Origin: Candidatus Poribacteria bacterium | Lineage (GTDB): Bacteria; Poribacteria; WGA-4E; GCA-2687025 | Direction of reading: 5' to 3' | DNA: 64,000 bases | Assembly (NCBI GenBank): GCA_963665845.2 | Contig: OY762492.1 | Span: 3,552,001 to 3,616,000 of the forward strand | Shown: positions 1 to 8,921 of the stretch, one piece after another | Numbering within the stretch: position 1 is the first letter of the stretch | Layout of the letters: every line of letters starts with the position of its first letter | Program-made: the position numbers and the translations under genes | Notes under the pieces: model-generated | Databases searched by the model: none | Seen by the model: the letters and a program-made list of their open reading frames with translations, nothing else | Told to the model about the DNA's origin: nothing

Positions 1-2372
1 CAGATTACCCGATTTTCATGTTCAGCCGCAGGGGTTGGAAAAATGGAGGGAAATACGTATACGCGCTCCGTCATCATTCTGTGGAAATAAAGGTTTGACT
101 TGGTAAAGGGCCGATAAACGGAATCCCTCATATTTTCTTGTGAAAAATCAGCGGCTCGCCCGCTTCGCAAGTTTCGTTTGAGCGATTCACTCCAGCTGAT
201 TTTTGTATCGTCGTACCTCAAAAAATCATCCAACTTTGCGGCATCGTCGCCGCGCCGTTTCCACCTGTCCATTTCGGCATTGTAGTTTTCGATCATCCGC
301 TGAACGTTGGAGGCAAGGGCGTTTCGGTTGAAGTTGTAAGCCCAAGCGTCGCGGCAAGTAACCACCCCTCGGCTATAAGTTTTGAAGATTGCATCAACGG
401 CTTCCTCTTTTGACGCTTTCGCTTCCTTCGTTCCTATCGGGGTAAAGGTCTCGAACTCGGCGCGCATGCCGTCGGTCAACCAAGTATGCTTTGAATCTGT
501 CTCCGTCCGCTTCATTGGAACGCTTGAGTAGCCTTCAAATTTGTTTAAAAGCTCTTGCTTCTCCTGCGCTTTCATGTAGTCGTCAACGGAGTAGATCGAC
601 ACTTCAACCTCGTCAGAGGAGGCGTCAGCTTTTTTAATGAAAAACGAAATCCCGACGCCGACCCTAATCTGATCGTCAAATACGTTTCCGCCTTCTTGCC
701 GTCTCCGCTCTCCGGACGTGCGCGCGTTTCCTTTCAGGTTGATATGGTAGATCTTCGTAAAATCCTGCGCCAAATGCTTGCGCATGCCGTCAAAAGCGAT
801 GCCGTCCAGAAAGCCGTTGTTCGTCACGAATGCAACGACTCCCTCCTCTTTAATGCGGTCGGACGCCCACCGAATCGCTTTTATATACGGATCGTAAAGC
901 ATGTTTTTATTCGTGGCTTTAGAATCGGCGACGTAAGTGTCCCGGACGCGCTTATCCATGACTTCGTACTTGCGGTTCTTATTGTTGTCGTTCTCGTTCA
1001 CCTGCCCCGCGTTATACGGCGGATTTCCGATCACAACGAACATATCCGCTTCCTTCTGCTTCTTGACGCGCTCCGTATTTTCTGGCGTCAGCAGTTGTCT
1101 CTGCAGCGGCTCCAGCATTTCAAAGGTGTCGGCGAGGACGATCCCTTCAAACGGCAAATACCGCCGCATCCGCTGATAATACCCCTGCTCGATGTTCAGG
1201 CTGGCGATGTAGTAGGGCAGGAGCATCACCTCGTTGCAGTGCAGCTCATGGGCGTATTTATGCCGCAGCGCCGTTCCGTCGATTTCGCGCATGAGCCGGA
1301 CGATGAAATTGCCGGTGCCGACAAACGGGTCGATGATATGGACGCCTTCGCTGGAGAGGCTTCTGCCGAATTCGGCGTCCAGGATATGCTGAACGCTGTT
1401 GACCATGAAGTCGACGATCGGCTGCGGCGTGTAGACGATGCCGTGCGTGTCAGCCACATCTTTGGAGTAGCTTTGAAAAAAGGTTTCATAGCATGCGTTC
1501 AGCAGCTCCTGTTTTTCGGAGAACTTGGTTCGGGTCTTGGCGGCGTTTTCGATGTTCTGATAATGCGGGTCGAGCGGCGACAGGAAATCGTCTCGGCTGA
1601 ACGCTTGCTGCGTGAGCGCGTCCACCACCTTTTCGATCTCTTGGGCGATGATGTTTCGGCGTGTGAAATCGGAGTTGTGGAAGATCGTTCTGAAGACCCG
1701 CTCCATGATGATATGCTGAATGAGCATCTCTTCGACCGCTTCTTCGGACAGGTCGGGGTTGACGGCGTCTTTGCAGACGTCGTAGAAGGCGCCGAACGTT
1801 TCGGCGAAGGCGCCGTCTTCTTCCCGCTGCGTTTGGATGATGCGTTTCAGTTTATCGGCGATTTGCGGGACCCGCTCTCGGAACTGGGCGGCTCCCGCGT
1901 CCCAGTTTTCGATGTCGGGCGTTCTGTAGTTGAAAAGCTGGTTCAGCGCCTTGACCAGGTTCGCTTTGACGGCGATGTCGACATCCAGCGTCTTTTGTTC
2001 GTTTTGGAACAGGACGGCGCGCTTCGGCGTTTGGAATAAAATGTTTTGGAACGGGTAGCCCGCTTCGCGCTTCTCGTCTATCGCTTTGTCGAGGTTGTCA
2101 TGGATGTCTTTCGCTTCCCAGTAGGCGAAGACGACGCCCGATTCGTGCAGCGCGGCTCCGTCGATGGAGATGGCGCCGCGGCTGCCTTTCATGCGGTATT
2201 CGCGCTGGAATGTGGCGTTCATCTTTTTTGCGCAGTACTGCATGAGCGCATAGAACGGTCCGCTGACGGCGCCTTCTTGGTCGGCGCCGTGGGCGTCCAG
2301 GTCGTTCATGTCGGCGTAATAATCCTTGACGGCTTTAAGCGATGGCGAGAGGTTTAGTTTCGGCATGGGCAT
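1..2372 (-). CDS. Type IIG/ISP-like restriction-modification enzyme (N-terminal nuclease + N6-adenine MTase + LlaBIII-like C-terminal region), 3' part beyond left edge
   Basis: Manual translation of the minus strand (absent from the ORF track because it runs off the edge): MPMPKLNLSPSLKAVKDYY..., IDG...YWEAKD (PD-(D/E)XK-like), HGIVYTPQPIVDFM, DPFVGTGNF (motif I), VVIGNPPYN (motif IV), GVVTCRDAWAYNF. Confidence 0.85.
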   Translation of the reverse strand, partial: MPMPKLNLSPSLKAVKDYYADMNDLDAHGADQEGAVSGPFYALMQYCAKKMNATFQREYRMKGSRGAISIDGAALHESGVVFAYWEAKDIHDNLDKAIDEKREAGYPFQNILFQTPKRAVLFQNEQKTLDVDIAVKANLVKALNQLFNYRTPDIENWDAGAAQFRERVPQIADKLKRIIQTQREEDGAFAETFGAFYDVCKDAVNPDLSEEAVEEMLIQHIIMERVFRTIFHNSDFTRRNIIAQEIEKVVDALTQQAFSRDDFLSPLDPHYQNIENAAKTRTKFSEKQELLNACYETFFQSYSKDVADTHGIVYTPQPIVDFMVNSVQHILDAEFGRSLSSEGVHIIDPFVGTGNFIVRLMREIDGTALRHKYAHELHCNEVMLLPYYIASLNIEQGYYQRMRRYLPFEGIVLADTFEMLEPLQRQLLTPENTERVKKQKEADMFVVIGNPPYNAGQVNENDNNKNRKYEVMDKRVRDTYVADSKATNKNMLYDPYIKAIRWASDRIKEEGVVAFVTNNGFLDGIAFDGMRKHLAQDFTKIYHINLKGNARTSGERRRQEGGNVFDDQIRVGVGISFFIKKADASSDEVEVSIYSVDDYMKAQEKQELLNKFEGYSSVPMKRTETDSKHTWLTDGMRAEFETFTPIGTKEAKASKEEAVDAIFKTYSRGVVTCRDAWAYNFNRNALASNVQRMIENYNAEMDRWKRRGDDAAKLDDFLRYDDTKISWSESLKRNLRSGRAADFSQENMRDSVYRPFTKSNLYFHRMMTERVYVFPSIFPTPAAEHENRVI

Positions 2373-2422
2373 GTTTATAGCGCCTTCCGCGGACGGGGTC
2401 AAGCGGCGCATGACTACAGACT

Positions 2423-2785
2423 CCCCCCTTGAAAAGGGGGGATGGGGGGGGTTTTGAGCGCCCTGGTTGCGCTTGGTTTTGAACTAGGATTGAAGGATGA
2501 TTAAGATTGCCAAGATAGCGGCTCACGGGAATTCTCTTGGCAATCTTTTCAATCTTGGCAATCCTAGTTCAGACGGCAACCGCGGCTAAGATTCCCGCTT
2601 ACGCGGGAATGACGACATGGGGCGCGGAAATGACGACATGGGGCGCGGAAATGACGACATGGGGCGCGGGAATGACGACATGGGGCGCGGGAACGACTCC
2701 CCCTTGAAAAGGGGGGCTGGGGGGGTTTCCGCGGGCGCGGGCAGCGCATGCGGCGGCTAAGATTCCCGCTTGCGCGGGAATGACT
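2423..2785. repeat. Composite intergenic repeat cluster: CCCCCTTGAAAAGGGGG palindrome, long GAACTAGGAT...ATCCTAGTTC hairpin, GATTCCCGC-N-GCGGGAATGAC palindromes and four 21-bp tandem units
   Basis: Seen directly; tandem unit gcgg(g/a)aatgacgacatggggc x4 at about 2603-2686; the same motifs recur through the window. Confidence 0.9.
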
Positions 2786-2822
2786 ACCGGCGGCGCGGAC
2801 GCTTTTGGGTCAATAGATAAGC

Positions 2823-4949
2823 TCAAGGCGCCATGTCGCCGACGACAAGAAATGTGGACGGCTTCATTTTAGCGCCTTTCATCGCGTTCTCCACAAAGAC
2901 GTTCTCTTCCATCTCGGCGATATACCGTCCAGGCTTTAGATGCGCCGCGGGCGATTTTTGCGCCCCTTCGATTTCAGAGACCCAGTCTTGGGAGATGTAC
3001 AGCTGACGCAGCGTTTTGCCGCCGATTTGAACGCCCTTCGTTTCGGTTAAGACCGCTCCAGCGCCGTTTCGGATGTTGGACGCATGATAGAGCTTGCCGT
3101 CATGATCGGCGTACCAAAACGCCTTGACGCCCGCGCCGAGGCGGTTGACAACCTTCAGCTTGCCGCCGTTTCGTTTCAGGTCAATGCGTTCGTTTCGTTC
3201 CTGTATTTTGCGGAATTTGAAATGCAGCGGTACTCTAGGCTGGATCCATTCGCCGCTCCAGCGCTGTCCGTCTGTCCAGTCGATGGATCCGACCGGATGA
3301 TCGTCGGTCCCAACGGGTTGGACTATAACTGTCCAAGAACTTGCCGTCGAAGTTGCGCCGGCAGCGGACTTCGTCGGCGGTACACTCGTTGGAGCCCATG
3401 GCGTAACGGTATAAGCCTCCGATATCGTAGGCGTAGGCGGCGGACCGCTTACCGGTTCCGAAAAAGTAATTGTGGCTGAAAAAGAATCGGGCAGCGACGT
3501 TGCGCTCGGCGCAGGCGTAGGCGACGGACCGATTGTCAGAGCCGAACCCGTAGACCTTATCCTTCCCTGCGGCTTAAACGAATTATAATTGATACCGGAC
3601 ATAATAATATTGACGCCAGGCTGCAAATTGATGCCGGACACCATAATGCCGCCGCTGCCGGACGCCTTAATAATGCCGCCGCTGCTGGATTGGATCGTCA
3701 GCTCCGTTTCTTCATCGAAGAGCAAGCCGTCCGGATGCGCGGACGGCGAATAGTAGCCGACCCAGCCGATCGTGGACGCCGAGCGCGCCGCTTGATCTAA
3801 GTAGGTCAGGCTGCAGATGCGCATACGTTTGCCGTCGTCCCCAATCGCCGCGTAAAAAACGACGAGAACGCATGCAAGCAGCGAAGCGGCGGGAACCGTC
3901 CAGTACAGCTTCATGCGCCGGTCGATTTTTCTAAACAGGTAAATGTTCACAGGTCCGATGAGAACGGCGAGGAGCAGCATCAGAAAAAACATGCGGCGGT
4001 AGCTCGCCAGCTCATCGTACGGCTCCGCTACGGGCAGGACAGCGTTGGCGCCGCTTGGGGTGTAGGTTGCGTTCCATGGATGCTGCGTTTTCTTCCATGA
4101 ATCGTACAGCGAATAGCGAACGGAGCCTTTATGAGGGGGCGGCTGCGCCAAAAAGAGCTGTCCAAATCCGATGTCATACCGCGCTGGCAGCCCGCTTTTC
4201 GGGATGGGGTTCTCCAGCCGCGCGTCAAGGCTCTGCCACTCGTCGGGCAGTTTGCCGCCGCCCATGACCGCGAGGGAGCCGCCGCTTTTCACATATTCCC
4301 ACAGCGCTTCCCGCTCCGCGCCGCTCAACGCCTCCGCCTCATCCAAGGTCAAGAGAATCCCGTCTAGGCTGCCGTAGATGAGCGCATTCGTTTCTAAATC
4401 GCGCCGCCGCATTGTGCCGACCGATCCAGCGCCGGCATTCGAGGGCAGGCGCATCTTTTGGACGCTGTCCATCGCGACGACAGGATCGCTATCGCTGATC
4501 CTGAAATCAGGCGTCTTGGGGTTGTACAAATAGAAGACTCTCCTGGCAAAGCCGGGCAATGGCAGCGGTTCCGTCTGCTTCTGTCCGTCGATCCAGACCG
4601 ACGCCTTGAGATGCCAACTGTTTAGAGTAAGGAACGGCTGACGGATATGGGTATGGACGGCCGCGTTCGGCGCAACCTCAATCGTCCTGGAAAGGGTTTT
4701 GATCGACCCGTCTTCATAAAATGTCTGGCGGCTCGCGTCAGGCTCAATGCGGATCTTGACGCGGCGCGTTTTGTTGGGTGAGCGGTTCTGAACCTGAACG
4801 CCGTAAGAAGCGTAGCCATGGCTTATTTCGTCTCCGACAGGATTGTCTATCGTTATGTCGATATCGCCGTAGCTGCCGCTGGATAAAGCGGATGCGTTCA
4901 GCGCGCATGCGATAAAAATGAGCGCCGCTGCGCAGATGAGTCGCCGCAT
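2823..4949 (-). CDS. Exported/membrane protein, paralog 1 of 3 (signal peptide, GATase-like domain, 2 TM helices, Pro/Ser/Thr-rich insertion)
   Basis: 708 aa; signal peptide MRRLICAAALIFIACAL; DGILLT..ALWEYVKSGGSL; TM pair FFLMLLLAVLIGPVNIYLF / YWTVPAASLLACVLVVFY. Confidence 0.8.
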   Translation of the reverse strand: MRRLICAAALIFIACALNASALSSGSYGDIDITIDNPVGDEISHGYASYGVQVQNRSPNKTRRVKIRIEPDASRQTFYEDGSIKTLSRTIEVAPNAAVHTHIRQPFLTLNSWHLKASVWIDGQKQTEPLPLPGFARRVFYLYNPKTPDFRISDSDPVVAMDSVQKMRLPSNAGAGSVGTMRRRDLETNALIYGSLDGILLTLDEAEALSGAEREALWEYVKSGGSLAVMGGGKLPDEWQSLDARLENPIPKSGLPARYDIGFGQLFLAQPPPHKGSVRYSLYDSWKKTQHPWNATYTPSGANAVLPVAEPYDELASYRRMFFLMLLLAVLIGPVNIYLFRKIDRRMKLYWTVPAASLLACVLVVFYAAIGDDGKRMRICSLTYLDQAARSASTIGWVGYYSPSAHPDGLLFDEETELTIQSSSGGIIKASGSGGIMVSGINLQPGVNIIMSGINYNSFKPQGRIRSTGSALTIGPSPTPAPSATSLPDSFSATITFSEPVSGPPPTPTISEAYTVTPWAPTSVPPTKSAAGATSTASSWTVIVQPVGTDDHPVGSIDWTDGQRWSGEWIQPRVPLHFKFRKIQERNERIDLKRNGGKLKVVNRLGAGVKAFWYADHDGKLYHASNIRNGAGAVLTETKGVQIGGKTLRQLYISQDWVSEIEGAQKSPAAHLKPGRYIAEMEENVFVENAMKGAKMKPSTFLVVGDMAP

Positions 4950-4950
4950 C

Positions 4951-6780
4951 TTATTCTCCGTGTTTAATTTCTCCGACGACGAGGCATATGGACGCTTTCA
5001 TTTTAGCGCCTTTCATCGCGTTCTCCAAAAAGACGTTCTGTTCCAGCTCGGCGATATATCTGCCCGGTTGAAGATAGGCGGCGGGCGATTTTTGCGCCGC
5101 TTCAATTTCAGGAACCCAGTCTTGGGAGATGTACAGCTGGCGCAGCGTTTTGCCGCCAATCGGAACGCCCTTCGTTTTCGCTAAGACGGCTTCAGCGCCG
5201 TTTCGGATGCCGGAGGCGAAGGCTTGGTAGAGTTTGCCGTCATGGTCGGCGTACCAGAACGCCTTGACATCGGCGCCGAGCCGGTTGACAACCTTGAGCT
5301 TGCCCCCGTTTCGTTTCAGTTCGATGCGTTCGTTTCGTTCCTGTATTTTGCGGAATTTGAAATGCAGCGGGATCCTGGGCTGGATCCACTCGCCGCTCCA
5401 GCGCTGTCCGTCTGTCCAGTCGATGGAGCCGACCGCATGCGGGTCGTGAGGCGGCCGCCCCGCCAGATATATAGGCGCAGCAAAGTTTATCCTTTGGCTC
5501 GCCTGCAGCGTCAACTCCGTTTCTTCATCGAAGAGCAAGCCGTCGGGGTGCGCGGACGGCGAATAGAAACCGACCCAGCCGATCGTGGACGCCGAACGCG
5601 CCGCTTGATCTAGAAAGGTCAGGCTGCAGACGCGCATACGCTTCCCTCCTTCCGCTGTCGCCGCGTAAAAAACGAAGAGAACGCATGCAAGCAGCGAAGC
5701 GGCGGGAACCGTCCAGTACAGCTTCATGCGCCGGTCGATTCTTCTAAACAGAAAGATGTTCACGGTTCCGACGAGAACGGCGAGGAGCAGCATCAAGAAA
5801 AACATGCAGCGGTAGCTCGCCCGATCATCGTACGAATCAATAACGGGAAGAACGGCATTGGCGCCCTCCGATGTGTACGTTTTTATCCATGTTCCTTGAG
5901 TTTCCTTCCATGAATCGAATATTTCCGCATGAAAGGTTGGGGTCGTCGGCATGGGACGATAATGCCTTGATGTCAAAAAGAGCAGTCCAAGTCCGATTTC
6001 GTACCGCTCAATCGCGTCGCTTTTAAGGGCGCGGTTCTCCAGCCGCTCGTCCAAGCGTTTCCACTTGTCGGGCAGTTTTCCGCTTCCGATCACCGCCAGA
6101 GATCCCCCGCTTTTGATATATTCCCATAACGCTTTTTGCTGTCCGCCGCTCAACGCCTCCGCCTCGGACAAGGTCAAGAGAATCCCGTCCAAGCCGCTAT
6201 AGATGAACGGAATCGGCTCTAAAGTGTCGCGCGGAATATATTTAACGAAACTTTTATTCGGGGACCTGCCGGCCCTTCGGATGTCGTCTATCGCGACGGT
6301 TGCGCCAATCCCTTGCAGTATCGTGAGACGAGAGGGGCCGAAGCCCATGCTTCTACTGCCAGCGCCGCCATGATCAGTATAACCGGAGGCGCCTCCTCTT
6401 CCCTCCGCCTTCTCTCCGTCAACCCATATGCCATATCCATGAAGGTCGCCGAGGAGTCGAAGATACGGTTGATGCATGTAGGTCTCCACGGTTGAGTTTG
6501 GCTCAACCTCAATCGTCTTCGAAATGCTTTTAAGCCTCCCTTTTCTACTGCTGGAGAGCTGGGACTGCTCAAGGCTGATCTTGATGCGATGCGTCTTGTC
6601 GGGAGAGCGGTTCTGAATGCGAATGCGGTGGGAAGCGTAGCCGTGGCTCACATCGCCTCCGCTGCGTCTGTCGATCTCGATCGTGAGACGGCCGATCGTC
6701 GTTATGGATGCGGCGGCTGTGTTCAGCGCGCATGCGATAAAAATGAGCGCCGCTGCGCAGATGAGTCGCCGCATCTTCAT
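4951..6780 (-). CDS. Exported/membrane protein, paralog 2 of 3
   Basis: Signal peptide and C-terminal half nearly identical to 2823..4949; start moved to ATG 6780 behind TAAGGAGA. Confidence 0.8.
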   Translation of the reverse strand: MKMRRLICAAALIFIACALNTAAASITTIGRLTIEIDRRSGGDVSHGYASHRIRIQNRSPDKTHRIKISLEQSQLSSSRKGRLKSISKTIEVEPNSTVETYMHQPYLRLLGDLHGYGIWVDGEKAEGRGGASGYTDHGGAGSRSMGFGPSRLTILQGIGATVAIDDIRRAGRSPNKSFVKYIPRDTLEPIPFIYSGLDGILLTLSEAEALSGGQQKALWEYIKSGGSLAVIGSGKLPDKWKRLDERLENRALKSDAIERYEIGLGLLFLTSRHYRPMPTTPTFHAEIFDSWKETQGTWIKTYTSEGANAVLPVIDSYDDRASYRCMFFLMLLLAVLVGTVNIFLFRRIDRRMKLYWTVPAASLLACVLFVFYAATAEGGKRMRVCSLTFLDQAARSASTIGWVGFYSPSAHPDGLLFDEETELTLQASQRINFAAPIYLAGRPPHDPHAVGSIDWTDGQRWSGEWIQPRIPLHFKFRKIQERNERIELKRNGGKLKVVNRLGADVKAFWYADHDGKLYQAFASGIRNGAEAVLAKTKGVPIGGKTLRQLYISQDWVPEIEAAQKSPAAYLQPGRYIAELEQNVFLENAMKGAKMKASICLVVGEIKHGE

Positions 6781-6785
6781 TCTCC

Positions 6786-8762
6786 TTATTCCAGTTCTCC
6801 GACGACGAGGCATGTGGACGATTTCATCTCGGCGCCCTGCATCGCGTTCTCCAAAAAGACATTCTCTTCCAGCTCGGCAAAATACCGCCCAGGCTGTAGA
6901 TGCGCCGCGGGCGACGCCTTCGCCGCCTCGATTTCGGCGACCCAGTTTTCGGAGGCGTATATCTCCCGCAACGTTTTCAGACCGATCGCTGCGCCTTCTG
7001 TTTTGGTTAAAACAGCCTCTCCGCCGTCTGGGACATCGACAGCCGTATAAACGTTGCCGTCATGGTCAGCATACCAGAAACCCTTGACGCCCGCCCCAAG
7101 CCGATTGGCAATTTTGAGAGCGCCCCCCTCCCGCTCCAGATCGATGCGTTCGGTTCGGTCCTCATTCTTGCGCAGTTTGAAATGCCGGGGAATGCGCGCC
7201 GACACCCATCCGCCCGTAAGCCGCTGCCCGTCTGTCCAGTCGATGGATCCGATCATCCGACCGCCAAACGCCATCGCTGTCAGCTCCGTGTTCTCATGAA
7301 ACGCCAGCTCCTTGACATCCTCCAGAGGAGAGTAATAACCCGTCCATCCGATGGTCGCCGCCCGTCCAGAGCTTTGGTCAAGATGCGTCAGACTGACGAC
7401 CCGCGTCTGTTGACGCCACCCAAACGCAACCGCCGCATACAACACAAGAATTCCGACCGCCAGCGCCGACAAGACGGGGGTCGTCCAGTAAGCCCATATT
7501 CGCCGCTTGATACGTTTTAATATCAGCAGGTTCACGGGTCCAATCAGAACAGCCGCCAGAAGCATGAGCGGAATGAGCCGAAGCAGCGTGGAGCGCAGAT
7601 CAACCGTCTTCGCCATCGGAAGTACGTTGTTGGCTCCCTTCGCCGTGTGGAGTCGATGCCAAGCGGGCGCGGGGTTATACCATGATCTGGGCGCCTCGTC
7701 AGCTGAATCAGGGTATTTCCATGCGCCGAGACGTTTGAGCGTGCCGGACGAGGGAGGCGGGTCCATTTCAACGCTTAGATCGTACATACCGACCAAGAAG
7801 AGGACGCCGAAACCGACATCGTATCTCTTAAATGCGTTTTCTTGGCTGTCCGTCTCTGTAGGTTGGAGGTCAAAATCGGCGGGCAGTTGAGAAACATCCT
7901 CGGCTCCAAGGGGAGCCATGAGAACGGCGGAGCCGCCGCATTCCGCGTATCTCAACAGGGCGAGGCGCGCCTCCGGCGTCATCTCTTTCAAGCCGTCAAC
8001 GGCGTACACGATTCCGTCAAACGACGAGTAATTGAGCCAGTTCGGATCAAAATTATTGTCTTTGCGGTACTTTTTTCCTTCAGAAAAAGAATAGTAGTAT
8101 TTTCTATCGAAACCGTCGCTGTAAACGATCTCTGGAAAGGGGATGCTTTTCTTGCTTCCGTTGGAAGAATCGCGGGAAGTGAACTCTTTCGAAAGCCCGC
8201 GCGTCAGATAATTTAAATCGAAAACGCTCGACGTTCCGATCAACACGCGCGGCTTAAACGAAGAGGATTTGCCCAGCGGCTTCGTCGTCTCCGCCCCTGG
8301 CGCCGGCTTCAGATTGTTGCCATGCCGTTCAGAGTCGTTCCGAAGCAGCACATTGTGGGGATGCCGAACCCCGTTGACCTCAATTTCGCACGAGCCGTTT
8401 CCGTATCGTCCATACATTCGCAGCGCGGGTTGGTACATCGCCGCAATTTTGACGGTGGACGGTCCGATCTCCTCCGTTATAGACAGGCTTTCGATGCGCA
8501 CATCGATGTCGGTTTGATCGTAATGGTACACTGGAATGCGCAGCGTGACGCGGTGGGTTTTGTCAGGCGACAGATTCTGCACTTTGACGCGATGCATCGC
8601 ATAACCATGGATGCCTTCAATTTTCGGCGCGCGCCCGCCGTAACCTTCTCCTACGACAATGTCGTCTTGGTCAGCTGCGAGATTCGCCCCGTTCATTCCG
8701 AACAAGAATAACGTCAATACCGCTGCGGACAAGACCCGCCGCATGCTCATTTTGCCGTTCAA
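6786..8762 (-). CDS. Exported/membrane protein, paralog 3 of 3 (most diverged)
   Basis: 658 aa; shares HGYA, NLSPDKTHRV, IGPVN, GSIDWTDGQR, FWYADHDG and PGRYFAELEENVF with the other two. Confidence 0.8.
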   Translation of the reverse strand: MNGKMSMRRVLSAAVLTLFLFGMNGANLAADQDDIVVGEGYGGRAPKIEGIHGYAMHRVKVQNLSPDKTHRVTLRIPVYHYDQTDIDVRIESLSITEEIGPSTVKIAAMYQPALRMYGRYGNGSCEIEVNGVRHPHNVLLRNDSERHGNNLKPAPGAETTKPLGKSSSFKPRVLIGTSSVFDLNYLTRGLSKEFTSRDSSNGSKKSIPFPEIVYSDGFDRKYYYSFSEGKKYRKDNNFDPNWLNYSSFDGIVYAVDGLKEMTPEARLALLRYAECGGSAVLMAPLGAEDVSQLPADFDLQPTETDSQENAFKRYDVGFGVLFLVGMYDLSVEMDPPPSSGTLKRLGAWKYPDSADEAPRSWYNPAPAWHRLHTAKGANNVLPMAKTVDLRSTLLRLIPLMLLAAVLIGPVNLLILKRIKRRIWAYWTTPVLSALAVGILVLYAAVAFGWRQQTRVVSLTHLDQSSGRAATIGWTGYYSPLEDVKELAFHENTELTAMAFGGRMIGSIDWTDGQRLTGGWVSARIPRHFKLRKNEDRTERIDLEREGGALKIANRLGAGVKGFWYADHDGNVYTAVDVPDGGEAVLTKTEGAAIGLKTLREIYASENWVAEIEAAKASPAAHLQPGRYFAELEENVFLENAMQGAEMKSSTCLVVGELE

Positions 8763-8839
8763 ACCGCCTCTCCTTCCCTCGCCGCTCCCATGCCATTATA
8801 CGCCTCCGCCGCTGAACGCTCAACCGTCCGCGCCGCCGA

Positions 8840-8867
8840 TATGTCCCAACTTAAGACGTAAGGTCAG
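8840..8867. repeat. Solo end of MITE-like family D (ATGTCCCAACTTAAGACGTAAGGTCAG)
   Basis: Matches the termini of the elements at 11228-11569 and 40889-41181. Confidence 0.75.
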
Positions 8868-8877
8868 AAAATCGCTA

Positions 8878-8906
8878 TTGTCAAAATGCGCTCAACGCGC
8901 TATAGT
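8878..8906 (+). promoter_or_regulatory. sigma70-type promoter of the PglZ-like gene
   Basis: TTGTCA-17 nt-TATAGT, followed by a GAGGGGGA RBS and GTG at 8922. Confidence 0.65.
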
Positions 8907-8921
8907 ATGTCAAGAGGGGGA

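Noticed and set aside
555-2357. Long + strand ORFs (494 aa and 103 aa)
   Set aside because: Antisense shadows of the minus-strand R-M gene, which has clear MTase motifs
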